A DNA stretch of 64,000 nt, from positions 193,777-257,776 of the forward strand of contig CBDBMB010000002.1 in assembly GCA_965207305.1 (NCBI GenBank), in the 5' to 3' direction. The stretch is from Dehalococcoidia bacterium (GTDB lineage: Bacteria; Chloroflexota; Dehalococcoidia; Lucifugimonadales; JAGWBF01). Made by a program: the position numbers and the translations under genes. Each line of letters starts with the position of its first letter. Positions within the stretch are counted from its first letter, which is position 1. The notes beneath the pieces are model-generated. The model worked only from the letters and a program-made list of their open reading frames with translations, was not told the DNA's origin and did not search any database. This document shows positions 26,818 to 36,256 of the stretch, in pieces.

Positions 26818-27867
26818 ATGATGTCGACCACCTCCCGCTCGGATGGGAACGGACCGGTTCGCCTGGGACTGCGTCTGCTGGCGGCGGTGGCGGGCGGCGC
26901 GATGCTTCTCCTGGCCATGGGCTGCTCCGGTGGTGAGGACCCGAAGTTAGCCTTCGTATCAGACAGGGACGGGAACCCGGAGATATACACGGTTAACGTC
27001 GACGGCTCGGAACAGACCCGGCTCACGGTCAACAACGCGGTCGACAGCCGCCCCCTCTGGTCCCCCGACCGGAAGTGGGTGGCCTTCGTCTCCGAGGAGT
27101 CGGGCGATCCGGAGATAAACCGTCTTCAGGTGGGGCCCGAGGAGGCCAGGCCCCAGCGGCTGACCCACAGCCCCGGGGCGGATCACATGCACTGGTGGTC
27201 CCCCGACGGGTCCCGCATCGCCTTCATCTCCGACCGTTCGGGACAGCCCGAGGTGTACGTGATCGGCACCGATGGGTCCAAGACAGGCATCACGAGGATA
27301 ACCTCGGGTGAGTTCGCCGAGCTGAGGCTGGACGGATGGTCCTCCGACGGCCGGTGGCTGGCCTTTGTCCCCAACACCGGCGAAGAGGGCCCCGGGATCA
27401 TGATCCGCAACCCGGACGGCGTCAACCTGATGCGGCTCACGAGCTTCCTGGACTACGATGCCCGGTGGTCCCCGGACAACCAAAAGATAGTCTACACGTC
27501 GGAGAGGGACGGCAACCGGGAAATCTACGTAATGAACACCGACGGGTCGAGCCAGACGCGACTGACCCACAACGACAGCGCCGACTACTCGCCATCCTGG
27601 TCCCCCGATGGCTTGAAGATAGCCTTCGTGTCCGAGCGTGACGGGAACCCGGAGATCTACGTGATGAAGGCCGACGGCGCCGGGGTTACCAGGTACACGT
27701 CCAACGAGGCCGTCGACGAGTCGCCGGTGTGGTCTCCCAACGGGAAGATGCTCGCCTTCGTATCCTACATCTACGACACGGGCGAGATATTCGTTATGAA
27801 CGTCGAGGACCGCAACCAGACGCGCCTCACCAACAACAACGCCAACGACACCGACCCGGTCTGGTAG
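26818..27867 (+). CDS. Periplasmic beta-propeller protein with TolB-like PD40/WD40-like repeats
   Basis: A signal-anchor sequence (LLAAVAGGAMLLLAMGCSGG, possible lipobox) is followed by six or more repeats of the form F.SDRDGN.EIYVMN.DGS..TRLT.N...D..P.WSPDG..IAF. Confidence 0.85.
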   Translation: MMSTTSRSDGNGPVRLGLRLLAAVAGGAMLLLAMGCSGGEDPKLAFVSDRDGNPEIYTVNVDGSEQTRLTVNNAVDSRPLWSPDRKWVAFVSEESGDPEINRLQVGPEEARPQRLTHSPGADHMHWWSPDGSRIAFISDRSGQPEVYVIGTDGSKTGITRITSGEFAELRLDGWSSDGRWLAFVPNTGEEGPGIMIRNPDGVNLMRLTSFLDYDARWSPDNQKIVYTSERDGNREIYVMNTDGSSQTRLTHNDSADYSPSWSPDGLKIAFVSERDGNPEIYVMKADGAGVTRYTSNEAVDESPVWSPNGKMLAFVSYIYDTGEIFVMNVEDRNQTRLTNNNANDTDPVW

Positions 27868-27920
27868 CCGCCGTGGCGGCGCGGCTCCGGCGCCCCGCGA
27901 CCTCCCCGTGCGCCCGTGTC

Positions 27921-28226
27921 ATGGCCCGGGCGGTTGCGACGGCGATACTCGCCTCACTTGCCATCGCCTGCAACGGCCCATCCACCGGTCCAGAGGATAC
28001 GATGACGGTTCGGGGCATGGTCGTGGAGGTAGGGGCGAAGTCCATTACCGAGCTCGAGCTGCTGGCCATCGTGGACGAGGCGGGAGACCGCTGGGAGTTC
28101 TATGCCGACGGGTTCGCGGGCTTCACCCCGGCGCATCTCAGGGAGCATCAGGCCTTCGGCCAGCCGGTGACCGTAACCTACAGGGAGACCCGGGACGGGT
28201 TGCTGGTGGTGGGACTGGCGGACTGA
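27921..28226 (+). CDS. Small lipoprotein of unknown function
   Basis: MARAVATAILASLAIAC is a lipobox-like signal peptide. About 100 aa, with no recognised family. Confidence 0.5.
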   Translation: MARAVATAILASLAIACNGPSTGPEDTMTVRGMVVEVGAKSITELELLAIVDEAGDRWEFYADGFAGFTPAHLREHQAFGQPVTVTYRETRDGLLVVGLAD

Positions 28227-28234
28227 GCCGGAGC

Positions 28235-29152
28235 CTACTGGAGCACCGATGCGAGGCCCTCCTCGATCTCTTCGGCGGTGGCGAAGGCCTCCAACTTGGC
28301 GGACACCGCGCCGCCGCCGTCGACGATGAACGTCCACGGCTCGGTGGGCAGGCCCCACTCACCCACCGACGGCACCGCCCGGGCCCTGCCCAGGTCCCCC
28401 TGGATCTCGTGGGGGTCTTCGAACACCTCCACGTGGATGAAGTTGGCCCGCCCCCGGTACCGCTCCTTGACCTCCGACAGCACCTCCACCTGGGGACCGC
28501 ACGTGGCCGTCTGGCAGTAGCCTGGAGTGGCGAAGGAGACCACCAGGGGCATGCCCGAGGCCAGCGCCTCTCGTATCGTCATCCGGTACAGGTCCGGGTC
28601 GGGGACGGACGCGGTGGTCAGGCGGTCCAGGGTCTGCACGTCCCGGCCCGTCTTGTTCACCGAGGCGGGGGCCGGCGAGCCGACGGCGGGTGTGCTGCTC
28701 TCCTCCTTCACCTGGATGGTCGTGGTGAGGTCGCCGGCGGCGTTCCCCGGCCCGTACAGGGACACCACGGCCTCAGGGCTCCTGACCGTGGTGTTGGAGG
28801 CGCGGTCCCGTATGGCGAAGGCGAGGCGGTTGGTCCCCACTCCCAGGTCGGTGGATATCACCGTTGCCGACAGCGTGGGGGTGTCGGGGCCGGGGTCGGT
28901 CGACGAGGAGGGGGGCACCATGGTCCCGTCGACGGATACGACCATCCCCCATTCGCCCGCTTGGTCGAAGGCGACCTGGGCGGTGTACACGCCGAGGTCT
29001 CCCAGCGGCCACGCCCGGAACCTGGCCGTGGCCGTGACGTCGGGCTCCACCGGATCCGGTCCCGAGCAGGCTGCAAAGAGCACGGCGGCCAGCGTCGCGA
29101 GGACGGCGGCGGCCGCCGGTATGGTGGTGGGTCTACTAGGCATGGGTCGCAT
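28235..29152 (-). CDS. Thioredoxin-fold lipoprotein (TlpA/redoxin-like) with an atypical C-x4-C motif
   Basis: AAVLATLAAVLFAACSG is a lipobox. The C-terminal thioredoxin-like domain is PLVVSFATPGYCQTATCGPQVE...PTEPWTFIVD. Start chosen at ATG 29152; a minus-strand TATAAT at 29206..29201 argues against longer versions. Confidence 0.6.
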   Translation of the reverse strand: MRPMPSRPTTIPAAAAVLATLAAVLFAACSGPDPVEPDVTATARFRAWPLGDLGVYTAQVAFDQAGEWGMVVSVDGTMVPPSSSTDPGPDTPTLSATVISTDLGVGTNRLAFAIRDRASNTTVRSPEAVVSLYGPGNAAGDLTTTIQVKEESSTPAVGSPAPASVNKTGRDVQTLDRLTTASVPDPDLYRMTIREALASGMPLVVSFATPGYCQTATCGPQVEVLSEVKERYRGRANFIHVEVFEDPHEIQGDLGRARAVPSVGEWGLPTEPWTFIVDGGGAVSAKLEAFATAEEIEEGLASVLQ

Positions 29153-29270
29153 CGGAGGTCGTGTTGTAGATGCCGTCTGGTCGAGGCGTGCGTCCGCTCC
29201 ATTATAGTCCAAAGCCATGGTCTGAACATCATTGGCCGGCGGTGGGCCGGCTTGCATTGCCGGGGAGGGA

Positions 29271-29299
29271 ATGACCCTGTTCCGGACATGAAGTATAAT
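29271..29299 (+). promoter_or_regulatory. Candidate promoter for the acetamidase gene: ATGACC-17 bp-TATAAT
   Basis: ATGACC is at 29271..29276 and TATAAT at 29294..29299. An approximately 85-nt leader contains the hairpin GGCCGGC-gccgta-GCCGGCC. Confidence 0.45.
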
Positions 29300-29390
29300 C
29301 TCCGTACGTGCCAAGACAGGCCGGCGCCGTAGCCGGCCCCGTGGAGCGGACCTGAGCGGAAACGCTACTCGGGCGATTAGGAGGACCTCG

Positions 29391-30305
29391 ATGAAGCGGA
29401 TCACCAAGGACAAGTACGTGTACGACCTGGACCCCGACGCGCCCCCGGCCATAACCATCGAGTCGGGCGAGGAGCTGATAGTGGAGACCTGGGACGTGTT
29501 CCAGGGCCTCCAGGACTCGGAGTCCATCCACCAGAGATTCGAGCTGGGGCCCGACCCGTCGGCCCTGCCCATACCGGCTACGGGCCCCATCTACGTGCGG
29601 GACGCCATGCCCGGCGACGCGTTGAAGATCGACTTCATACGCATGACGCCCATCGACCACGCCATCCAGCGGCAGAGGCCGGGCAGCGGCTACCTGGACG
29701 AGGAGTTCCCGGACATACACGTGACCTTCATGCCCATCGAGGGCGACCACCTGGCCTTCCCCGGAGGTATCCGGATACCCCTCAGCCCCGACATGGGGAT
29801 GGTGGCCACCACGCCCACCTACGTGCTCCACCCATCGGGGCGCATCGGGCCCCATGGCGGTGACATAGACCTGCACGACCTGGGTGAGGGCACGACGCTT
29901 CATCTCCCCGTATTGGTCCCGGGAGGGCTGCTGGTGATGGGCGACGGGCACGCGGCCGCGGGCGAGGCCACCATGGCCGGCACGGCGGCGGAGGCGCAGC
30001 TGGAGGTACACATCCGCGTTACCCTGGAGAAGGGGCGCAACCTGAAGTCTCCACGGGCGTTGACCCGGAGCAACTTCGTCATACTGGGCCACGACAAGAA
30101 CGACGGGGATCTGACCGAGTGCCTGACTCGGGCCGTGAGGGAGATGCTGGACGTGCTGGTGGATGAGAAGGGCATGAAGCCCAACGACGCCTACGCCCTG
30201 CTTAGCGTGGCCGGAGCCGTGGTTGGTCCGGCGTCGAACCGGCGGCTCTACATGAGCTCTCCCAAGGTCACCCTGGACCGCCAGGTCTACGAGCAGCTTG
30301 GATAG
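29391..30305 (+). CDS. Acetamidase/formamidase family protein
   Basis: ITIESGEELIVETWD...ATGPIYVRDAMPGDAL.I.F......G......GGDID...L..G.TLHLPV is the typical FmdA_AmdA layout. Confidence 0.8.
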   Translation: MKRITKDKYVYDLDPDAPPAITIESGEELIVETWDVFQGLQDSESIHQRFELGPDPSALPIPATGPIYVRDAMPGDALKIDFIRMTPIDHAIQRQRPGSGYLDEEFPDIHVTFMPIEGDHLAFPGGIRIPLSPDMGMVATTPTYVLHPSGRIGPHGGDIDLHDLGEGTTLHLPVLVPGGLLVMGDGHAAAGEATMAGTAAEAQLEVHIRVTLEKGRNLKSPRALTRSNFVILGHDKNDGDLTECLTRAVREMLDVLVDEKGMKPNDAYALLSVAGAVVGPASNRRLYMSSPKVTLDRQVYEQLG

Positions 30306-30355
30306 CCGGGGCCGCGTCGGCCGCGTGAGCAACGAGGAATAAGGAGGGTGCAATC

Positions 30356-30745
30356 ATGGCGCAAAAGACGGTGATCAGGCCGCCCGGGTTGCCCGAGTCG
30401 GGCAGTCCTCTCTCCCGGGCCATCCGGGCGGGGGACTTCGTGTTCGTATCGGGTACTCCGGCCAGTCCCAACCCGGCAACGGGCCAGCTCGACCCGGACA
30501 TCAGGGCGCAGGTGAGGAGCTGCCTGGAGACCATCGATACCATCCTGCGGGAGGCCGGTACGTCGCTGAGCAACGTGGTGGCCGTGACGTCGTACCTCAC
30601 CGACGCCGGCTATTTCGCCGCCTACAACGAAGAGTACCGCAAGTTCTTTCCCAGCGACTACCCGTCGCGTACGACGGTCAAGGCGGAGCTGATGAGGCCC
30701 GAGATGCTGGTGGAGATCACCGTCACCGCGGTGGTGCCTTCTTAG
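30356..30745 (+). CDS. RidA/YjgF-family reactive-intermediate deaminase
   Basis: SRAIRAGDFVFVSGT...Q.R.CLE.I..IL.EAG.SL..VV.VT.YL.D......N..Y..FF....P.RTTV.A is present. 129 aa. Confidence 0.85.
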   Translation: MAQKTVIRPPGLPESGSPLSRAIRAGDFVFVSGTPASPNPATGQLDPDIRAQVRSCLETIDTILREAGTSLSNVVAVTSYLTDAGYFAAYNEEYRKFFPSDYPSRTTVKAELMRPEMLVEITVTAVVPS

Positions 30746-30760
30746 CAGTGGTGGGGGCAG

Positions 30761-30835
30761 TGGTCGGGGCGGGCAGGTTCGAACTGCCGACCTCCTGGTC
30801 CCAAACCAGGCGCGCTACCGCTGCGCCACGCCCCG
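30761..30835 (-). tRNA. tRNA-Pro (anticodon UGG), CCA encoded
   Basis: The minus strand reads CGGGGCG-TG-GCGC-AGCGGTA-GCGC-G-CCTGG-TTTGGGA-CCAGG-AGGTC-GGCAG-TTCGAAC-CTGCC-CGCCCCG-A-CCA. This folds as a cloverleaf with anticodon loop TT-TGG-GA. Confidence 0.9.
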
Positions 30836-31024
30836 AGAAGAGTCTATATTGTGGGAGCTGTGGTGCCATTGCGGAAACCATAACGCGGTTGTCCGCAGCC
30901 CCAGTATAGATGATACATCGGGGAGGGCTGCCAGGCAATTGCAGTAAGGCCGCATAGCGCCGCGGTCGTCCGGTAGGCTATAATGGCTCATATTCACTCA
31001 CGGGATGGAGAGTGTGCAAGCATC

Positions 31025-31672
31025 ATGCTGAGATTCGCCGAGGAAATTATCCTGCTCCTGCTCAACGACGATGACGGGAGGTTCGCCCATGTGCCGAGCT
31101 GGTCCTTCGACTACGCCCTGGCCGGCGGTGTGCTGATGGACCTGGCCCTGGAGAACCGAATCGACACCGACCTGGAAAACCTGATCCTGGTGGACGCCAC
31201 GCCGGTGGGCGACAGCCTGCTCGACCCGACGCTGGCGGAGATAGACGCGGGAGAGAAGCACAACGCCCGCTACTGGGTGGAGCGGACGGCGAACCGGGCC
31301 CAGGAGATCCGCGAGCAAGCACTCGCCCGGCTGGTGGCCCAAGGCATACTGGAATGCCGGGACGACCGTTTCCTGTGGGTGTTCCGGTCCAGGCGCTATC
31401 CTGCCATACAGGGGGAGGTGGAGCGCGAGGTGAAGCTGCGCATCATGGGGGTGCTGTTCAGCGACGACATCCCGGACCCTCGTGACGTGGTCATCATCTG
31501 CCTTGCCGACGCGTGCGGCATCTTCAACGGGCTGCTGTCCAGGCAGGAGCGGGACAGGGCCGCCCCTCGCATAGAGCAGGTGCGCAGGCTGGACCTGATC
31601 GGTCAGGCGATGTCCGCGGCGATCCGGGACATCGAGCTGTCGGTGGCAGCCTCGGTACAACCGCACATGTAG
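31025..31672 (+). CDS. GPP34/GOLPH3-like family protein
   Basis: LRFAEEIILLLLNDDDGRF........DYALAGGVLMDLAL..RI resembles the bacterial GPP34 family as I recall it. Start at ATG 31025. Confidence 0.6.
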   Translation: MLRFAEEIILLLLNDDDGRFAHVPSWSFDYALAGGVLMDLALENRIDTDLENLILVDATPVGDSLLDPTLAEIDAGEKHNARYWVERTANRAQEIREQALARLVAQGILECRDDRFLWVFRSRRYPAIQGEVEREVKLRIMGVLFSDDIPDPRDVVIICLADACGIFNGLLSRQERDRAAPRIEQVRRLDLIGQAMSAAIRDIELSVAASVQPHM

Positions 31673-31868
31673 CAACCCACGGCTTGACGCCGGCCCGTCA
31701 ACCGACGGAGCAATGGCGCCCATCCCATCGTGATGGCCACGGCTTGGCCCGTTGTCCGCAGTCTCCAGATGCCTCGTACCCGTCTGGGTTGCGTCATTCG
31801 GATGGTGTGCACGGGGATCTTCCTGGACCATGGGAGTGAGGTGAGGGGGCAAAGGCCCGCTAGGAGAA

Positions 31869-33068
31869 TTGCTGAGTCTTCGTGGGGTCTTTGGTTGGAA
31901 GGGGATCCTCGTGGTCCTGTGCGTGGCCCTCATGGCGCTCACCTCCCGGCCTTACCACGAGGTCGGTGGACAAGAGCCACCGCCGGTGGTGAGCCTGGTG
32001 AGCGTAGAGCCGTCTCCGGTGAGGGAAGGCGGCCGGCTGAGAATCGTCGTAGACATCGACCCACCCCGCCCATCGGGCGCCACCGAGAATATCAGTGGTG
32101 GGGTCATAGTATACGACTCGTCGCAGGGCCCATTCGCGGACGCGCTCATCGCCTTCGTGTTTCGCGCCGGTCACGAGACCCGGAGCATGGGCTATACGGT
32201 GGACGACGACGGGGTGGCCACGACGAGCCGGACCATTCGAATTGAGGTCAATCCCGTCTTCGACGGCTACCGGGTAGGCGGGGGACCGAAGACCATCTCC
32301 GTGTTGGACCAGGGCTCCACCGATCCAGGTCCCGTTCCAGATCCGGACCCCGATCCTACCCCGACCCCAACACCCACCCCCACACCTACGGCGACGCCGA
32401 CGCCCACGCCGACCCCGACTCCCACTGAGACGCCCACGCCGGGGCCGACTCTCACTCCAACCCCCAGGCCAACGGCGACTCCCACGCCAAGGCCGACGTC
32501 GACTCCCACGCCCACGCCGACGCCAACTCAGACGCCCACACCAACCCCGCCGCCTACGCCAACACCGACCCCTACGCCGGCACCAACCCCCACACCGCGT
32601 CCGACGCCAACCCCGACCCCGACGCCGACGCCCACGCCCACGCCGACCCCGACGCCAACCCCTACGCCTACGCCGACTCCGACACCCACCCCCACACCGA
32701 CGCCAAGGCCCGCAGCCACGCCGACGCCAACCCCCACGCCGATACCGACGCCGACGCCCACGCCGGCTCCAACTCAGACGCCGGCGCCCATACCGATACC
32801 CACACCTACTATTGTTCCAACGGCCACTCCCGCGCCCACCATCGAGGCGGCGGCGTTACCTGACGCGGGAACGCCGGGGACAACCCCTCGACGCGAGCTG
32901 GAGCGGGCGGAGATCCCGGTCATCGGAGACGCCATACCCCGCATCCGCAACACCCTGGGCGGGGCCGCGTCCACTCCACGAAGACGCACCACGCTGATCG
33001 TCATCCAGGGTGTCACCAGCGCCTTTGCGCTCAGCGTCTTCAGCTACCTGATAGTGCGGCGCCGCTGA
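31869..33068 (+). CDS. Tail-anchored extracytoplasmic protein with an approximately 170-residue Pro-Thr repeat linker
   Basis: An N-terminal signal/anchor is followed by a globular domain of about 130 aa, then (PT)n with PRPT/PAPT variants. The end is a C-terminal TM helix [21 protein letters not shown] plus RRR. TTG start with AGGAGAA upstream. Confidence 0.7.
   Translation: MLSLRGVFGWKGILVVLCVALMALTSRPYHEVGGQEPPPVVSLVSVEPSPVREGGRLRIVVDIDPPRPSGATENISGGVIVYDSSQGPFADALIAFVFRAGHETRSMGYTVDDDGVATTSRTIRIEVNPVFDGYRVGGGPKTISVLDQGSTDPGPVPDPDPDPTPTPTPTPTPTATPTPTPTPTPTETPTPGPTLTPTPRPTATPTPRPTSTPTPTPTPTQTPTPTPPPTPTPTPTPAPTPTPRPTPTPTPTPTPTPTPTPTPTPTPTPTPTPTPTPTPRPAATPTPTPTPIPTPTPTPAPTQTPAPIPIPTPTIVPTATPAPTIEAAALPDAGTPGTTPRRELERAEIPVIGDAIPRIRNTLGGAASTPRRRTTLIVIQGVTSAFALSVFSYLIVRRR
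32337..32840 (+). repeat. Degenerate hexanucleotide tandem repeat (CCNACN)n encoding the Pro-Thr tract
   Basis: Read directly: runs of ccgacgcc/acccccac units across about 500 nt. Confidence 0.9.
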
Positions 33069-33112
33069 GGCCCAGGCCTGTTTCGGGGACGGGAGGGGGT
33101 CCGACCCGTCGG

Positions 33113-35035
33113 TCAGTCGACTTCCTGAAGCTCCGGCACCGGGGCCGTGGCCGCCGTAGCCGGCAGGGTCATGGTGAACTCGGCGTACTCTCCGTACACG
33201 GTGTCCACTGACAGGTCGCCCCCCATGCGCCGGGCCACGTCGGCGGCGATGGGCAGGCCCAGCCCGGCCCCCGCCGCGCCGTCCCGCGTGGAGAAGAAGG
33301 GGTTGAATATGTGGCCAATGACGTCATCGGCGATCCCGGGACCGTTATCCCGGACCCGTATCTCGGCGGTGTCGTCGACCAGGCGGGTCGAAACGGAAAG
33401 GACCGGCTCGTAGGCGTCGCCCTCGGCTTCCCGCTTCTGCCGCATGGCATGGCAGGCATTGGACACCAGGTTCAGGATCGCTTCCCCGAAGTCGTGCTGC
33501 ACCAGCAGCACCTCACCCAACGATGCGTCCAGGTCGTACACAGGTCTCACGGCGAGGTCCTGCCCCTGTTCGTGTAAGGCCTCGAATCCCGCCTGAACGG
33601 CGTTCCGGAGCTCCGAGTTCAGGTCTGTCATCATCGGGTCTCCACCCACCACGCCGAAGCTGCGCATGCGCTCCACGATGGCAAGCGCCCGCCCCCCGTT
33701 GGCGAGCACGCGATTCAGGCTGTCGGTCAGCTCCTGGCTGATCTCGTCCAGCAGGGCCGAATCGTCTTCCGACATCCTGTCCCGGTAGTTCTCCAGCATC
33801 TCCGTCAGCTCCCGGTACAGGTCGATGGAGCCCTCGGAGAAGTTGTTGACGAAGTTGAGGGGGTTGCTGATCTCGTGGGCCACGCCGGACACCAGCTCAC
33901 CCAGGGCGGCCAGCTTCTCCTGGGCCACGAGGCGGGCCTGCAGCCGCTGCAGCTCCGCGTTGGTCTGGCGCAGCTCCTCGTACAGCTGCTCGACGAGGTT
34001 TAGACGCTGGACTTCCAGGGCCTGTTGCCGGAAAACCTCCAGGGCGCCGGCCAGCTCTCCGATCTCGTCGGTCCCCACTTCCGGCACCGGTGTTTCCAGG
34101 TCTCCGTCGGCCATGCCCCGCATACGGTCGGACATTCGCGAAAGCCGCCGCACCATGCCGTTGCCGACCCACAGCCAGGCCGCCAGGGTGGCCACGATCA
34201 CGCTGATCACGCTGATGCCCGTCAGGAGGGTCCGTCCCTCGTCGAAGCTGCTGACGGCCAGGCCGAGGGTATCCGAAGAGTGGGCCTGGGAGGCCGCCAG
34301 CAGGCCCGATACGGACTCATCCAGGGACGCGCTGGACACGTCGAAGGAGGCCGCCAGGTCCCTGACGGTCGCCTCCAACGCGAGCTGCAGGCCGCGGACG
34401 TAGAACGCTCCCTCACCCTCTCCCAGAGCTGCTACGGCAGGGTCGATGCCGGCCGCGTTGAGCCGGGTGAACTCGTCCCACAGGGCCCGGAGGGTGTCCT
34501 CGTCGTTCGCTTGCAGCGCCTGCCTCAACACGGCCATGGCCGCCTCGGACTCGCCGATGCCGGAGGAGGTCGTCGCCAGGCGCAAGCGATAGCCGGCGGC
34601 GGACTCGTTGGCGCTCAGCAGGTCGCTCCGGTTCGCCGCAAGGTTGTCGATTATCCCGGCCAGGTCGTAGGCCGCGTCGTTGACGGCCTGGGCGTTCGAC
34701 GCCAGGGACGGGACTAGGGTTACCTCTCCCAGAGCGGTCTCCAACCTTTGCAGGGAGTTGGCGACGGCATCGGCTTCCAGGCCCTGGAACCCGGACTCGG
34801 ATTCGGCCACCACCTCCAGCCCCAGACTACGCAGACGCTCCGCCTCCCGAGCGGCTGTCCAGGACCCTTCGAGGGCCGGTACGGTCTCCGACTGCACTTC
34901 GTAGTTGACGTCGCCGCTCTGCTCGAAGTAGTAGACGCCCACCGCCGCCGACACCAGGGTCAGCGCCACCGCAAATCCCAGGGCCAGGTACAGCCGGGCG
35001 CCGATACGCCGCCACCTGTCTATCAAGAAGCGCAT
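33113..35035 (-). CDS. Sensor histidine kinase (two TM helices, large extracytoplasmic domain, HAMP, HisKA, HATPase_c)
   Basis: HAMP is MVRRLSRMSDRMRGMADGDLETPVP..GTDEIGELAGALEVFR. The H-box is LVSGVAHEISNPLNFV. The ATPase G-boxes are DNGPGI and GAGLGLPIA. No response regulator is adjacent. Confidence 0.9.
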   Translation of the reverse strand: MRFLIDRWRRIGARLYLALGFAVALTLVSAAVGVYYFEQSGDVNYEVQSETVPALEGSWTAAREAERLRSLGLEVVAESESGFQGLEADAVANSLQRLETALGEVTLVPSLASNAQAVNDAAYDLAGIIDNLAANRSDLLSANESAAGYRLRLATTSSGIGESEAAMAVLRQALQANDEDTLRALWDEFTRLNAAGIDPAVAALGEGEGAFYVRGLQLALEATVRDLAASFDVSSASLDESVSGLLAASQAHSSDTLGLAVSSFDEGRTLLTGISVISVIVATLAAWLWVGNGMVRRLSRMSDRMRGMADGDLETPVPEVGTDEIGELAGALEVFRQQALEVQRLNLVEQLYEELRQTNAELQRLQARLVAQEKLAALGELVSGVAHEISNPLNFVNNFSEGSIDLYRELTEMLENYRDRMSEDDSALLDEISQELTDSLNRVLANGGRALAIVERMRSFGVVGGDPMMTDLNSELRNAVQAGFEALHEQGQDLAVRPVYDLDASLGEVLLVQHDFGEAILNLVSNACHAMRQKREAEGDAYEPVLSVSTRLVDDTAEIRVRDNGPGIADDVIGHIFNPFFSTRDGAAGAGLGLPIAADVARRMGGDLSVDTVYGEYAEFTMTLPATAATAPVPELQEVD

Positions 35036-35191
35036 GCCGGAAACAACTCCTGGCAGTATCTAGGGCCGACGGAACAAGTGCGGGAGCAGCCTATTCCGGC
35101 CCATTCCGATAGGTAGGATACCACAGCTTGCTTGCCTGATGACAAGGCCGCCGTCGGCGGGAGAAATGCTCGGTAGCGCCGTGGACCCGGG

Positions 35192-36256
35192 TCAGTCCGA
35201 GATCGGGACAGTGGCGGCCCGCGTGGTGGACCAGGTGGGGAGCCACGCCGAGTGCCTCCCGTCGCCGCCCGCCACGACTATGAGTATGTTCAGGGGGGAG
35301 GACACGGGCGGGACCATGAAGCCGTCGTCGTGCTCGTTGACCCACGTGGGCCAGGTGCGGCTGGACCAGTAACCCCGACCCCGGAGGCGGCCGACGGGCA
35401 TCCGGGCGTTCTCCATCACGTAGGCCTTGACGTCGTCCTTGCCGAACCCGTCCTCGTGCATCTCCTGGGCGTGCTCGGGCCCGATGACCAGGAGCATGTG
35501 GGTCTCGCGGCCGATGACGTAGTGGCCCATGTTGCCGGGGCTGACCAGCGAGCTGCAGATGGTGTCGAGGACGTCCCGGCCCGACGTGACGGTCATGTCG
35601 CTGATCTGGTGGAAGCCAGTGACGCCCACGACGGTGACGGCGCTGGTCCCCGCGGGGCTGCCCCGCTCCACGTGCAGGGGCTCCCAGGGGCTGCGGCCCT
35701 CGTTCTCGGCGATGCACATGGTGTACTTGCCGGGGTGACCCAGGGTCGACTTGTCCGTCACTCCAGGTATGGCGCCGCCTATGTTGCGCATGACGAGGCG
35801 GAGGGCCCTGCCTATGGTGGCGTTGGCCCGGTAGCCGTGGCCGAAGACCCCGGTGTCGGCGTTGACCTGCAGCCGGGCGGCAGCCGGGCCGTTGACGATC
35901 ACCAGCGGGGCTGCCCCTCCGGTGGTGGACTGGATGCCGCCAACGTTGAACCCCTCGGTGCAGACACCCTGCACTGCTGCCAGGACCACCGGGAAGTAGC
36001 TGGGGTCGCACCCCGCCATGACGGCGTTGATGGCGACCTTCTCGACGGTGGCTGTGCCGTCGCCGGGAGGGAAGCGCCCCAGGACCTCCGACGGGTCTCG
36101 CTCGCAGCCTCGGAGCATCTCGACGACACGGTCCTCGGAGGGGGGCACGATGGGCAGGCCGTCGGTCCAGCCGCGCTGGTAGTACAGGTCGTTTATGGCT
36201 TCCGGGGAGGCCGATACCTGGAGCCGCCGCGACCTCAGCTGCGGGTTGGATGGCAT
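35192..36256 (-). CDS. Conserved-looking protein of unknown function (354 aa), translationally coupled to the UGSC selenoprotein gene
   Basis: The ATG at 36256 overlaps the upstream TGA by 1 nt (TGATG). Motifs seen are YYQRGWTDGLPIVPP, VAINAVMAGC, GGIQSTTGGAAPLVIVNGP and GHPGKYTMCIAE. I cannot assign a family. Confidence 0.7.
   Translation of the reverse strand: MPSNPQLRSRRLQVSASPEAINDLYYQRGWTDGLPIVPPSEDRVVEMLRGCERDPSEVLGRFPPGDGTATVEKVAINAVMAGCDPSYFPVVLAAVQGVCTEGFNVGGIQSTTGGAAPLVIVNGPAAARLQVNADTGVFGHGYRANATIGRALRLVMRNIGGAIPGVTDKSTLGHPGKYTMCIAENEGRSPWEPLHVERGSPAGTSAVTVVGVTGFHQISDMTVTSGRDVLDTICSSLVSPGNMGHYVIGRETHMLLVIGPEHAQEMHEDGFGKDDVKAYVMENARMPVGRLRGRGYWSSRTWPTWVNEHDDGFMVPPVSSPLNILIVVAGGDGRHSAWLPTWSTTRAATVPISD

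Noticed and set aside
32337-32840. The repeat tract as a CRISPR array or other non-coding repeat.
   Set aside because: The units are 6 nt and degenerate, and they stay in frame within a long ORF with a signal peptide and a C-terminal anchor. There is no repeat-spacer structure and there are no cas genes.
32856-32870. LPDAG in the PT-rich protein as an LPXTG-type sortase signal.
   Set aside because: The motif lies about 45 residues upstream of the C-terminal TM helix. It is not immediately before the helix, and the fourth position is Ala rather than Thr. No sortase is nearby.
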